Assembly (NCBI GenBank): GCA_964247055.1
Contig: OZ176050.1
Location: 6,386,001-6,450,000 of the forward strand
Direction: 5' to 3'
Length of the DNA: 64,000 bases
From: Paragordius varius
Taxonomy: Eukaryota; Animalia; Nematomorpha
The notes under the pieces were generated by a model, which made no database searches, was not told the DNA's origin, and saw only the letters and a program-made list of their open reading frames with translations. Shown here in pieces: positions 1 through 14,147 of the stretch. Each line of letters opens with the position of its first letter. The first letter of the stretch is position 1. The position numbers and the translations under genes are program-made.

Positions 1-825
1 AGAAAGTTTTTTTTGATTAAAACATTTTTTATTGCTTTTATGTCACTCAAAACAGCCATTTTTAAGTTTTTTGTTTTTTAAAAATTAGCATGTCATCAAT
101 ATTAATAAATTTTCTTTACAAGGCTGATAATTTCGAAATTTAAAAGATAAAAACAAAGTTTAAGGTATTTTTGATATTTTATAGCCATTATGTAATAAAT
201 TTACAGTTATAACTATGCATTTTAGTATCCACGAGGTAAAATATTTATGATAATAATAATTTTTATTTAAAAAGCAAAACAAAAGCTTTTTCAAACATTT
301 TTTTAGATTAAATACTAATATAACCCTAATAATTATATTATGATAATTTATATGATTTTCAAATTAGTTTGTCTGTGAAAATTCTTGACTTATTTAAGGA
401 TTGAAAATTTCGACCATTTAAATCCAAATAACTTTTACATCCGGTTGATTTAAATGACTTACTACCATTTAAAAGATTCAGTTTTTTGCGCTCTTTCGAA
501 TGATATAAAATACATGGCTTCATATCTAAAACTTTAAATTTTCGAAATTTCGAGTCTAATGTTAAATCGGGGCCAAAAATTATCGATAAACTCTAATATA
601 AAAAATTCTTCCATGCTAGACCAATTTTCTTTTCAGATATACTAATTATGTACTTTAATGAAATAAATTTTAAATTTACAAGAATGGCAGTTAAAAAAAG
701 TTAAAATTTGTTGTCTAGTGTTATAAAGATGTAATGATTAATTTGTGGAATTTAGATTTTGATAAATATACACATTGCATAGAATTGCCTTGCGAGTCGC
801 ATGCGGCTGCAGTGTGTCCCGCTAG
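1..825 (+). mobile_element. 3' end of a putative non-autonomous Helitron (family A); 5' end not located, probably upstream of the window
   Basis: GC-rich near-palindrome AGTCGCA-TGCGGCT (795-808) followed 13 nt later by CTAG|T (822-826), the canonical Helitron 3' terminus, in otherwise AT-rich DNA. Confidence 0.45.
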
Positions 826-1881
826 TATAATCCTACAAATAAAAATGGAATAATATAATACATATATTGAAAATTATTTTAAAAGCAAGGCTTCTAACCC
901 GAACCTCCTGATATTATAAACAGTATCGAAATCCACCTACTTCTGTCTAAAAAACACCAGTTTCCCCTTTTTTATTTTTCAAAAAACAATCAGATTCTGT
1001 TCCTAACCGTCCTGTGATTATCATAGTCCAACGCCTGGTTAAAATTTTTTTAGTATCTTATAATTTAAACTGATAGCGGGCCATAAATTCCTAGGCCAGC
1101 GGCATGCGGTTTGTATTTTAGGTTTTATAGAGACCAATGTCATTAAATTTATTATCGATTGATAATTACTAAATGTTTTAACTATTCGTCTTTCGATTGT
1201 ACTGTTTCTCTTAGATTTGCAGTTATCGTATAACCAATCATCGTTTTTGCCAAGAAATCATCACACCGATTTAACATTGAATGTAGCTGAATTAAGATGG
1301 GTTTTTATTTTTGTTTTCCCATTGTATCTTCTTTTTTTAATGTCGCCTCAATAAGGTGGTCATTTGTTTAGTAGTGGGCCATTTTGAAGGGCCTCTCAGG
1401 TAATGAGCTTATTGTGGAGTATTGGATATCGTTTGGTGGTCTACGGTTTTTTGACTCTAAACAAGGGGTCAGGCACTGATTTTTTGGAGATCGAATATTA
1501 GCAAAATTACAAAGTTTGGGATTATGGCAACAATTAATTTTTATGTTTGCCTATTTTGATTACCTGTAGATTTTAAAAAGAAAACTGAATCGGAACCATA
1601 TGATTAAAAACATTATAGCTGAAGTGCGAGACAAGATATAATATAAATGATGCAACGTTGGTTTAGGTTTTTTCGCCATAACATTAATATACAGCCGTCA
1701 TCATGTTTTTCCAGCTAATTTGATAGCTAAATTATAAAATCGCTATAATTATATAATTTTTACGACTCTCTTGCGATCAAAACTCTATAAATTCTGTAGG
1801 TATCTTGGTATTTAAATAACATTTATAAGTATTTTACTTTTCTATTTTTTAAATTCTAAACAATACCCAAATATTATTCAG

Positions 1882-4800
1882 GAATGAATATTTTGACAGT
1901 TGCAGTTAACAATACATTGACAGAATTCACGATCCCTCAAGCTCAGTATACTCACAAATCTGGACAAAATCATGTATAATCTAATATAATTTTTAGAAAA
2001 AACCGCAAATTATATATGAAAATCTATTTTATTTTAACCCATTAAATATTATATATTGATTGCTACACTGATAATATTTATTTTAAGCCATAAAATACTT
2101 TATTAAACCTTTTTTAATATTTAACATTTTACAATGTTAAATATTTAATTTATTGTTTATTTTTGCAACATGGCCTCATTTTGTGTAATTACACCAAAAA
2201 TTATTCAAATCTAATTTTAGAAAAAATAGGTAACTGTCCATAAAATTTGTTATTTTTGGTAGTTTTTTGACAAATATTTTTTATATAATTATAGAAAAAG
2301 GCTAGAGTTGCCTATACACCCAGTGGGTTCACGGAAGATGTCTTGTTATTCGATTTTTTTAATTATGCCGGAATTCACCGTGATGTCACTTTACAAAGGA
2401 TACCCAAGACACATATTAAGGATGTAAATATCAGTTCCAACATTATTTCTTTTTATCCATCCAGTGCATCAATATCGATTTCCATTGATGTTGAAAACGA
2501 TAATGGTAAAACATATTTTAGGCATTTATGTTATTAAAGACAATTTATTTAATGAAAATTTTGGAAATAGACCCGCAGAACATTGTATGTCAAGTATACC
2601 TGTACGAAGACCCTGAGAAATCTATATACCCCCAAAAAATTATATCGAAATCAATATTAGATCCTATCTACCATGGACAGATTATAAATTTTAAAGGTGT
2701 TATAACTCTTGCTGATAATGTTAAACTTTGGTGGCCGTATACTATGGAACCTAAGGATGAAAAACCAGGATTTCAATATATGGCAAAGATTATTCTAAAA
2801 CAACACGGTTATGATGATGATGACGCTTGTAATAATTTTTATCCATTTTTTCCTTAATGACTTTGTTATTACCATCGATGGTGCCATTTTATTTTTTTTT
2901 TCGTTGTTTCAATTTCCCAAAAATCTAAATAATATTATAGATAAAACTGTTGGCCCGTCAAATAATGTACTTATTTTGGATGAAATACTTTTGTATAAAG
3001 CATGTCTTGAGTTTCAATGGGTGTTGTGGCAATTCAGCATTATCACAAATTTAATACTTTAAATAACAATTGCTTTTTATTATTATCCAAGCAATCGATT
3101 GAGAGTTAATCGAACTCAATATTATACACAATGACACAAAGTCCAATATTAATCATGAACGTTATCACTTGCCGCCTTGAGATGTTATATAATGAAATAA
3201 TATTCTATAAAGAATAGATAGATTGAAAATATCAGCTTTTAAAATCCAAAATTTTTCGGTTCACTATTTTTTTGACCATTGGTTTTGAGATAGGTCACGC
3301 GTTACGGTCTCCTTTACAATGGACAACATTGATTTTAAATGGTACAAAGCGAATTAAAATTAAAAAACGAATTTAGAAGCTTATTAGCATGGCTAAAATG
3401 TTTTTATATGTTTATGGTATTATTTAATAATATAAAGATGATAAAAAAATAACCAAAATTCAATTTTTTAAGGTTTTTCCTTAATTTTGATATATTGAAC
3501 AAACCAAAAATCGATTGACTTAATTTCCTCAAATAAAACTTTAATAATTTAATTTATCCTCTTTAGTCGACGTTTATGAACAAATGTTTGGTGTTAGAAG
3601 TTTGGAAATTAGCCATTCCACACACGAAGAGAATAATGACATTGGAGAACCTTGTTCAGGATGTGATAAAACTGTAAATTTATTTTTATATATAATAATT
3701 TATGAGTGATAAGGGTTGTTAACCCTCAAAAATTTTAACAATAGTAATAATAATAATAATCTTTGTCGAAGGATTATAAAAGTTAAATTGATAACATAAT
3801 TAATTTGTTAAATTTTAACTATGGATATACTTTGTGAAAATTATTAATAAAATAGTTGTGTTCCTAATGCAATACATTAATTACATATTGATTTATAACC
3901 AATGATAAAATAGAGATGTTATTAAATATGATACGCCATCTTATTATTAATGCGACAAGTAAAAAATTCATATTAATCTAACTTAAAATTTTAATAGAGA
4001 TTTATTTAAATTCGGTATGAATTTTAACAGTATTATTATCATAATTATTTTGATTTAAACTACAGCTGAGGTCGATTTATATTTTTTTAGAGGAATAAAA
4101 ATATTGAATTCAAACAAAATTTACACCCAACATTCATTAAGAATTGATTAATATTCGATTGTGCGTTTTATAAAAGGTCTTATAATTTGAAACCTTTATA
4201 CGTTTAAGTTCAGTCCTGGACGATGGTGGATAGGATGTGAAGAACTGGTTATAGCTTTCATATGAGATACAAAAAACTTGATATAATACGCTAAAATTTA
4301 AAAATATATTTTATCTACTATGTCGCATGGTAAACCAAATATAAAGTTAAATATTAATTTAATATGATACAACGGCAACTCGCTATAATATTATAAAAAA
4401 TCCTTAAATCAAAGAAAGGATTTTTTTAGCCAGTATTGGAAAATTACTCACGTTTTTTATGAATTATATATTTTAATAAATGCACAAATTAATATTTTAG
4501 CTATTATTAACATTACATATAATAATGTTGGTGTAATGAGACAATGCCGAGAAAGTATAATAAAGTTTTTATAAATTGGTTTAGTCATTTCAAGAAGATA
4601 CTACCGTTGAATCCTCAAATAAATATTTTTTTATTTTAAAATATTAATTTTTAAATCCATATACATAGTAGGTTTTAAGAGGTCCGTTTCTACGTTTTAG
4701 AGACTCAAATTTTTGAGATAGAGATAGGTATTAGCTTTTAGAATCCGATAAAAAAATAATGATTAAACGCCATGAAAAACAAACGCCACACAGTTGCTTA

Positions 4801-7800
4801 GAGCGTTTTTTCTTTAGGTTAAAAGTGAAATACCAAAAAAGCTATAAAAAATGTAATTTAATAATTTGTTGTAAATGCCTTTTGGGTTTTTCTAAATTCT
4901 GGTTTGCATTATCGCAGAAACTTGGTCAAAAAACTTAATTTTAAGTCTAATTATTGTATAAAATCAATATTTTATGGGGTATTTGTTAAAATAAACTTTT
5001 TTTATATTTCTATGAATGCCTTTAAAGTTTTACTTTATCCATTAATAATGGTCAAAATAGCGATAAGGAGTATTATCTTACTGTCCTGTCTCTTATATTG
5101 GACTTGCTCCTAATTTTTTCTTATCCTGGAAACCTATCTTAACTTAATATAAAAATTTGAGTATCCCAAAATTTACAAACGGACTGCAAAATATCATATA
5201 TATATATATATATGTATGTATGTTCACAGTCCAAAACTCAATTTTTGGTAAACGGACGCCCTTTTTATTTTCGGGGATTCGGTTGGCATGAAGATTCAGC
5301 CCTCAAAGGTCGGGCCCACGATTTAACCATTGCATTTTCGGATTTTAATCTGATTAAATGGTTGGGCGCAAACAGTTTTAGAACCTCGCATTACCCATAC
5401 GACGAAGTCATCATGGATTTTTGTGACAAAATGGGAATAGCGATTATAAATGAATTACCTGGTTATAATAATTTTTCTTTAATGCATAATATTAATTGAA
5501 TCAATATGTCTGTTACGTTTACCCTGTATATACTTTCACAAAATAAAGTACAAATATGTATTTTCGATTGAATTTGATCATGTAACATAATGAAAGATGC
5601 TCATATAACGTTTTTAATCTAAGAAATTATACTTGAAATCTTTATATAGTTTCTATAATCTACATCTACATATCTTTATTTAGCTGTCGGGGTCCGTTAC
5701 TTTAACGATATAACTCTAGCTAAGCATTTACAAATGGCAAAAGAGCAATACATGCGAGATAAAAATCGACCCTCAACTTTTTTATGGTCTTTAGCAAATG
5801 AGCCAAGATCGGCCAAACCTGAAAGTGAGGCCTATTTCAAAGTTTTAGCTGATTTCTTTAAAGTTACCGACAAATCACGGTTTATTACTGCGGCATTATA
5901 TGAAGATCCGAAAAACGATCGAATAGGTATTTCTATAAAGTTACGCATTTATGAACGACTATTCTTAATATTAATTTAAATAAGCCAGTGTTTTAAGATA
6001 AATAGATGAGGTGTTAGTTTAAATCTGTTTAATAATATTTGTTTTTTTATGGGTGGGTCTTCCTGGTTATGACTGAATTTATAAACGTGATGACTGCTTT
6101 TTTATATTTGTCTAAATGTTTTAAACACAATTATTATTTTTTGCATTTGTATAAACTTAAGGTTAAATCAAATGTTTGATAATTGTTGTTAGGAACAGTA
6201 ATCGTTTTGATTTAATTCTTTTTAAGGGATTAAATATTTGCACATGAAGTATTTTTTGGCTGGTTATAACCGTGAATGAATGTATTTATAATCGTTTTGA
6301 CAATTAAAAATCCAACTTTGTTACACCATACATTTTTTATGGTATAAGTAACCGGGACCGTAAATGGTTGCATTCATAATTGTCAGCATGTTATAAGCTT
6401 TTAACCGGTCATAAACCCAAACCTCGTGCTTATTATTTTCGATTGAAATATTATTACTTAATTCTTAGCAAAATTTCTTGATGTAATCGGTTTTAACAAA
6501 TATCATGGTTGGTATGAAGAGGCAGCAGAATTATCCCTAATTACCGACAATATTATTGAAGATTTGAATGGATATGGTGATTTTCACCCTAAAAAACCCT
6601 TAATAATGCTTGAATACGGAAGCGAAACTTATGCAGGTAGTATTAAATTAAAAATGGAAATTATACAATCTAAACATTAGCGAAATATTTTGTTAAAAGA
6701 CAACCACACTTTTAATTTTTATTTTTTTTGACTTAACAGATTTTCTTGGTTTGAAAAATGGGGAATAAAGATGTAAATTGGTAACACTCACAAAATTTAA
6801 ATATTGTGATCATATAGTTGATGTAATCAACGTTTAAAAAGATATCGTTGTTTTGTCAAAAAAACTATATGTATTTTAGTTTTTGTCTGCATAATTTCAA
6901 TTTTTATCTTATATTTTATTGCATTTAATTTTTATTTGACATTATATTTGTCTTTATGGAGCGCTATAGAATACATTTGTTTGTTATTATATATAAGGTT
7001 TACATGCGCTTCCTTCAACAATGTTTTCAGAAGAATATCAAGTCGAATTGTACCGGTACCACCATGCGGCATTTGATTCTTTTCGAGCCTATCATTCCAA
7101 TCCTAACTTTTATTATCGTAATAATGCTTGCATTTCAAGTTAGTTTTAGCCAAACATTTTTATATCCCACCCATAAATATTCCGAATTCGGAAAAAATAG
7201 ATGGCATAATATTTGTTAAAGGCTAACTATAAATATTAAAACTAAATATATATTAATTAAATTTGAGTTATAATAATTTATAATATTTTCCACATATAAT
7301 ATTAAATAAGGGTTAAATTTAGATTTTTTTACTGTTTTTGTTGATGAGAGCACTTAGTTTGTGGAAAGATATACATAACTTAAAACAATAATTAAAAATC
7401 TAAAACTTACTGAAAAGTTGTAAGAGAAGATGAATATCCTATTATCTTAAACCGCTGTTTATTTTAAAAAGGTCATCAAGAGGGTAAATTACTGTAGTTT
7501 CAAAAATTAATGTTTCGGCCGTTTATATGATTATTGAACCATTAGGCAGTCAACACATTAAACATTCATTAAAACCAAAGCATGGTAATCTGATTGGTGA
7601 AATGGTATGGAATTTCGGGGATTTTGGAACCCCACAAACGGTTACACGAGTCGGAGCGGTTAATCGAAAAGGGCTGTTTACACGGGCACCTTATAGACAA
7701 GCAAAATTATCGGCTTATAAATTGAGAGAAAGGTAATTATTTACTACACCTATCTTAACGATGTGCATATGTAAGGATTATAATTTTATACAGTTTAATG

Positions 7801-8508
7801 TTTGGATCAAAACTATTTCTGCCGTATATGTAATATTTATTATAAAACTTTTTTCAACCAAAATCAACAGCTTTCCAATCAACACAACACTTTTTTTACG
7901 CTTATTTTTAGCAACTGCTTTATTTAAAAAAAATTAAAGCATTTTAAAAATTTTATAAGAGGAATAATCTCCTAATCTAATATTTATTTGATTTATAGTT
8001 TTTCTTTTTTGAATATTAATGGGGTAAAACTTTTAACAACGCTTTTTTGAACCAATACCTTAACATTTATGCAATTTCATAATGAAGCTAATTATACATT
8101 ACTAATAAAATATTATTTAAAATTTGGCCTTTCACTCTAGTTTATCTATAATAATCATAAATTTGGTTGAAATTAAATAAAATTTAAAAACGTCGAAATG
8201 TGTACGATATTTTAAAAAAATTATCACCAATTTTACCCAAAAAAAACCCTTAGATTTACTTTTTAACCTATATATTTGTTATTATAAAATTGTTGACTGA
8301 TAAAAATAAAGGATTAATCAAATGTGAATGATATACTTTAAATTAAGGTCAAAAAATTAGGATGTTATTATATGTAATTGTTAGAATATAAACTTTGGTA
8401 TCTTAACATATAAATTTTATGTATCTTTTACATAGATATTGGAAATTGGCTTGTGAAACAAATTACTCACAACACATATGTGATGGAATCGACTTAAATA
8501 TTATATAA
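1882..8508 (+). CDS. GUSB: Beta-glucuronidase (glycoside hydrolase family 2), multi-exon; N-terminal exons not resolved (upstream or outside the window)
   Basis: Inferred exons: 1882-1973, 2295-2505, 2571-2828, 3567-3673, 5230-5461, 5684-5926, 6469-6636, 6998-7117, (7140-7214 optional), 7546-7732, 8436-8508. GT-AG boundaries are phase-consistent. Motifs: VAVNNTLT, FDFFNYAGIHR, LWWPYTM, FLVNGRPFYFRGFGWHED, GANSFRTSHYPY, WSLANEP (acid/base Glu), LEYGSET (nucleophile Glu), MFSEEYQ, GEMVWNFGDF, NRKGLFTR, RERYWKLA. Confidence 0.93.
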
Positions 8509-8653
8509 ATTTATTTTATATACATCAAATACTATTCACATATTTTATAAATAAATTATCAAATTTTCATTGGTTATATGTCACATAAATAAAGAAAAAT
8601 AATTTAGGTAATAAATAAAAAACCTTTTTGTTGGAATAGTATAAAATACCCTC

Positions 8654-9580
8654 TTAAAAATTATCAGATTTAAGTTGAATACAACTATCATTTAAAAAGA
8701 TATGGTATGCCTTGTACAGCAAATACGATCCCATTAAACATTTTTGATCATATGTCCAATTTTCAGTTTTTGGTGTCCCGTAATAAGATCCCCTTTTTAG
8801 GTTGGTAATATTGGAAACACCTAATAATATAAACAATTAAATGTTTATAAATATAAACATGATTTTTAAGTTTAATAATTCAAAAACAGGTTTTCATTTA
8901 TCAAATTTATGAGAATATCGTAGAATCAAAAGCACATGCTGGCATTACCAATTGCATCAATTATAGCTGCCTCTCGGGTATAAGCATCAAAGGAATCAAT
9001 GTTATGAAACATATGAAGGGATATAACACCGTTGCCCTCACCCCAAATTTTATGGATTGTAGAATTTTTTAAATTCTTTTTCTATATTATAAAATTATAA
9101 TCAATTATTTAAAAAACGTACTTTATTGCATTTAGCTTCAATCATGTGTGCGTATGGGCGAGTTAAAGTTCCCTTTCCCACGTAAAATATCGAATTTATA
9201 AACTGCTTAAAAACCTGAGGATTGTTGTAAATACCCTTTTCTCCCGGGCGTTGTTTTGGAATGTGAGAAGGATTTAACAATAAATATATAAAATAAAATT
9301 TGTCCGTAGCATTAGCGAATGAAGATATAAATAAATTGTCACAATATTCCAATACAGTATTGCATTGTGATCGCGTTAAGTCTAGAATAATATCAGTATT
9401 AAATAAGTATTCTAGCGAATTGGAATATTTACAATTTTTGGCAGTTTGTTTGGATAAATTCTGTAGTCGTTTTACATATAATTTCCTAGTTGAATTAGTT
9501 ATCGGTCCAATATTTACATCATGCTCTTGAAATTTAAGCCTTATCAAGGAATCCGATAAAGAATCAATCCCCAAATCCAG
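8654..9580 (-). CDS. ANKLE1: ANKLE1/LEM-3-like nuclease: LEM domain plus GIY-YIG endonuclease (last three exons; upstream exons uncertain)
   Basis: Exons 9580-9123, 9081-8949, 8820-8654. LEM motif LSDSLIRLKFQEHDVNIGPITNSTRKLYVKRL. GIY-YIG region FIYLLLNP...SIFYVGKGTLTRPYAH...IWGEGNGVISLHMF...AYTREAAIIDAIG-VSNITNLKRGSYYG matches the ANKLE1 C-terminus. Ankyrin repeats were not identified. Confidence 0.85.
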
Positions 9581-11087
9581 CTTTAATATTGCGATTTATG
9601 ATAACATCCAGGTTATCTGATGGATAAAATAATGCTCTTAGATGTTCGGCATCAGCAGATAAAACTGTTTTGAAATATATTTAACATGCTTCTTTGTCGA
9701 GTTGATAATCGAATGGTCCTCAAACCGCGGCTGTAAAAGGGCTTTTAATAATAAGTAAAATAAATATGCATATGTGACTTATGCAATATTTCTTGGCATT
9801 ATAGGTGCATAACCCTTGGGAAAATTAATAATATCAAAAATTTGGCATATATTACTCCTTAAGTCATTTAATTTTGTATAATAAAGCAAACTAATTTGTT
9901 TACTTTAAATTTCACTTTTACGCAGTTTAGTTTTAAAATAATTTTGGAAATTATATTTTTTTCCTTTTTATGTTTCTTTTTATTGAGCTTAAAATTATAA
10001 AATAATAATTATGATAACGATGGAAAAACATAAGATATTAAGTGATTTAACTTTCAATATATTTAACTTTCTTGAACAATAATCATCAAAAACCGTAAAT
10101 CTTTTTTTATTAATCTTTTGTGAGCAAAAGTTTTAAATTTATATATAACGCGTTAATAAAATATTTGAAAATAATATATACCATAAAATTAAATAAATTA
10201 AATTAGGCTATTTTCAAATTATTTCGCTATTTTAAGAATATCAAATAACACCATCTAATAGAATGAAGGGAAAGGCTTCTTCCTCAAAACTGAAACATTT
10301 TGGTGAAGTTTATACTATAATTTAAATAATAATCTAATCGGTAACATTGTGGGATAGTCTAACCAGACCATATAAATCTTCATTAATTGTAAATAGTTAA
10401 AATATGCACATTTCCAGTTTTACTGTGATTAAAATAAACACATTCTTAAGCCTATTAATGCAACATGAATTTTTTTGGGAGTAGAAAGTTAACCATGGTT
10501 GATAATACAAACAAAATAAGTTGTAATAACAGTTGTTAAACCCGTGAAATATTGATATTAACGTTACATTGAAAATATTAAATGACATGTGAAACCCTTT
10601 GTCAATACAAGTAAATCAATCTTCACGTTTCATATTTCTCTACCTTGTATTATAAAAATTAAAACCATAATTTTTCCAGAATGTATTGGACCGAAAAGGT
10701 GAGAACGTGTCAAACGCAAAGGGCTCCGATTACTCAATTGATCTAGTCGTGACTTCTAATATTTATTGTTTGCGCTGAGCAAAATAGTTAGATTTTTTGT
10801 TCCTAAAAGAGCCCTGTTCACTGTAAACCTATCTAAAATTGTGTCTTTGATGTAATATCCAAAAAATGTTTACCGTTTAAATTATGCCGGTTTCTAGACT
10901 ATAAATGCACAGTCTTTGGCGGATTATTGAATCATTGTCATAAAAATTAATTATCAAGAATTGTCATCCACACAAATATTAAAGTCCCAAATTGTTAACC
11001 AAAACGTGTTGGAATATTTGTGATTAAAGCCCAGAAGTTTTAGATTAGGCTCTGATATCATCAGCGTATTGAAGAATTATTAAAATA

Positions 11088-13040
11088 CTATCGTAAATCT
11101 CGTACTGCTATGCAGCCCGAGGAAGTCTTTCAGACCTCTGGGGGGGGGGGGGGGGGGGGGTATTTGAAAAAAGGGACAATAAAATGCCATATATGTGGAT
11201 TATTTCGAAACATTATTTAATAGCTATGATCTCATAGGATTTTCAAAACGGTGCATTCGTACTAATATATTGTTTATTTTGTAAAAACCCCAAATTGACG
11301 GCTACGGAAAAAACCGCCATACTATAATTTTTACCTTTTTATGGGTAATATTTAAAACCTTTATTGAACTCGTATGGTTTCTTAGGTTTTTTGAAAATTA
11401 TCTCCAAAGCCACGCCATTTTTATATGGCGTCTCATTTTAAACCGGTAGACCCATACCCAAGGGCCTACATGGAAAAAACGCTAAGTTAAATTTTTTGCC
11501 TTTATTATTTGGAATCATCTTTGAGATTATCGTCTCATGGGTTATTCAAAAAAAAACCTCAACACTAAATAATCGTTATATGATGGCGTATTTTTAGGGT
11601 ATAAAGGCCCCAAATTAACGGCCAAAAAGTGACCTTAATTTATACCTAGTTACGGGTAATATTTCGAACTTTAAATGAGCTCATATGGCATAAGTCTAAA
11701 TTAGTTCCAACGCAATTTTTATATAGTGACACAATTTTTGTGGGTAGCTTCTTAGTATAAAAAAGCGTCGGGCGTCTTTATATGGGAAATATCTGGAATT
11801 CTAATATCCTATGTTTCTTAGAAATATTGCTTCAAAATCAAAAAATTGTTCTATAGAGCCGAATTTTTCAGGGCGTAAAATTGTTCTTAGTGACTCATTG
11901 AAATAACCCCCTATCCTAAAATATTTGTTTTTTAAGGAGTAATAAATATTTTAGAGCCTTATTGAAATCACATAGTCTCATACTGAAATTTGGCTCCAAA
12001 GGCATTCTGTATCGATATAGTGAAACATTTTTACGCGGGTAGCCTTCTACCCAGAGCCTATTTAACCTCTTATATAAAAAATCCGCTCGACTTAAATTTT
12101 TGCTTTTTATCGGGTAATATTTCAGGCCCTTATAAAACTTATATGGCCTGATTTTTGAAAATTAACTCCTAAACAATGCAATTTAGATATGGTGGCGCAG
12201 TTTTGGCGGGTAGCTTCCTACCCAGAGGCCAATAAAAAAAACGTTTAATAAAATTTTTTGCCTTTATATGGGAATACCTGGAATCATCATTCATTCCATA
12301 TGTTCTTAAAAGTTTATTGAAGATTGGCTTCAAAACTAAATAATAGTTCAATGATAGCGCAAGGGCGTAAAGAGCCTTCTTAACCGCTAATTTAAAACCG
12401 CTCGACTTTAATTTTTACCTTTTTACGGGTAATATTTTAGGCCCTTATAAAACTTATATGGCCTGATAGGTTTTCTGAAATTTAGCCACAAAGGCACGCT
12501 ATTTCGATATCACGGGTCAGTTTTTGGCGGGTATATTCTTACCCAGCAGCCATCATCAAAGAAACGCTTGACTAAAATTTTTGCCTTTTAACAAGCAAAA
12601 CCTGAACTCCTTATTAAAATTTTACGGTCTCACAGCTTGGGTGAAAAATAGATTCAAACAAATATTTTTGTGGACCTATTTTTTTTAAAAAAATGTAATT
12701 TTACGGGGGGAGCGGGTAAAAAGAGGGCCTAAATTAAAAAAGCGCGACTATATTCGGCGCAATCGGAAATAAGGAAAAAAATCATATTTGAAATTGAATG
12801 GTGCAACACGTTCCCCGGAAAATTGTCTCAAAAACAAAATTTTTATGGACTTGTGTTTTCAAAAAAACCGTTTTTAACACGAGGTGGGTCCGAACTGGGG
12901 GCCTAATACAAAAAAGGGCGAAGCGATTGTCGGGGCATTCATTAATGATTATATTTTTTCAATGTTTGGATTTGAATGGGTCTACCGGTTTTCCGGAAAC
13001 ATATCACAAAGCCACCACTTCCATTTTATAAATATATAGA
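11088..13040 (-). mobile_element. Non-autonomous Helitron, family B, about 1.95-kb copy with degenerate internal repeats
   Basis: On the minus strand it starts A|TCTATATATTTATAAAATGGAAG (13040) and ends in the same hairpin-bearing terminus as the copies at 31757 and 34218, with CTAG mutated to ATAG. 21-nt G run at 11140-11160. Internal modules such as ACGGGTAATATTT...AGGCCCTTATAAAACTTATATGGCC recur. Confidence 0.8.
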
Positions 13041-13913
13041 TTAAATGTTAACCTTCCGTAAATTTCTATGATCCTAATTTAACATCTATTAAGTTCTCTA
13101 TTAGCAGGTTGTCAAGCGTATTTTTAATTGGTTTTTGAGTATATTTAAGTCTATGGGAATAAACAAAATAATTTTAATGGAGTATATATCGGATTATATT
13201 AATTGAATAATAGCCAAATTTTATGATTTTACAATTAACCACGATTCATTCTTACAAATAAGAGTAATTATTTCTAAAAATTTTGCTTTAATTATATTTT
13301 ATTAATATTATTTCTATTGTTTTAGGTTCATCCATTGAAAAAGATAATACCATGTTTCAAAAAATTTGGATATAGTTTAATTTAATAAATTTTACGATAA
13401 TTTAAATTATTATTATTAGAAGAAACATTAGTTTGTGCAGCCTGTATGGTAATCAAAATATCGTTTTCCATAATTAAATTGATTAAAAAAATTTTTTTTT
13501 ATGATTGGAAACTCTAAAATTTTTGGTAGCAAGTATTAATTTAGTAACATAATTTAAAGTTATTTTTAAGCCATATATTAATATATAATTAAAATTTCAA
13601 AAAATATGCATTTTAATTTTATATATGTAGTTATAAGCGGTTTTATATTCCAGATATGCACCTTGCATATATCGTTTTTTGCTAAAACTTATTCATTACT
13701 TAATAACTTACGACCATAAAGTTTCTGTGTAAAAAATGAGAGACCACAATTACTTTTTAGATTTAATTGTATTTTCAAACTAACATTTTTATTTATTATA
13801 ACGTTTGAATTTCTTAAAGTTAACCAACCGTTTGTATAACCATTAAGTGATGCTCCGTTTATTTATTCCCCCACATTCTGTCGGATAAACCAATACTGAA
13901 ATATAAATTAATA

Positions 13914-14147
13914 CAGGGCTTGGAACCGGAAATCAGTTACTGGGATTTTAACAAGAACCGGTTTCATTGGGATGGAACCAACGCGGTTCCGGTTCCACTT
14001 GTTCAAGAAACACGCCGGTTCCAGTTCCAAAATTTCAGGAACCGCCCGGTTCTATTTTTAAACTTTTAAGAAACGCGGTTCGGTTCCTCCTCCTCAGAAA
14101 CCGACCCGGTTCCGGTTCCACTTTTTATAAACCCGTTCCAAGCCCTG
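13914..14147. mobile_element. hAT-type MITE, 234 bp
   Basis: Perfect 13-bp TIR CAGGGCTTGGAAC / GTTCCAAGCCCTG. 8-bp flanks AATTAATA / AATTAATG (7/8 TSD). Many internal GGTTCC/GGAACC subterminal motifs. Confidence 0.85.

Noticed and set aside
3700-3790. About 60-bp similarity between 3715-3775 (+) and about 15485-15550 (-)
   Set aside because: Too short and low-complexity (AAT runs) to classify; probably a fragment of an old repeat.
9300-9530. Plus-strand 76-aa ORF; likewise 46768-46956, 21015-21281, 22196-22483, 37527-38111, 40821-41096, 44922-45191, 48595-48831
   Set aside because: Antisense shadows of real exons or transposase ORFs.
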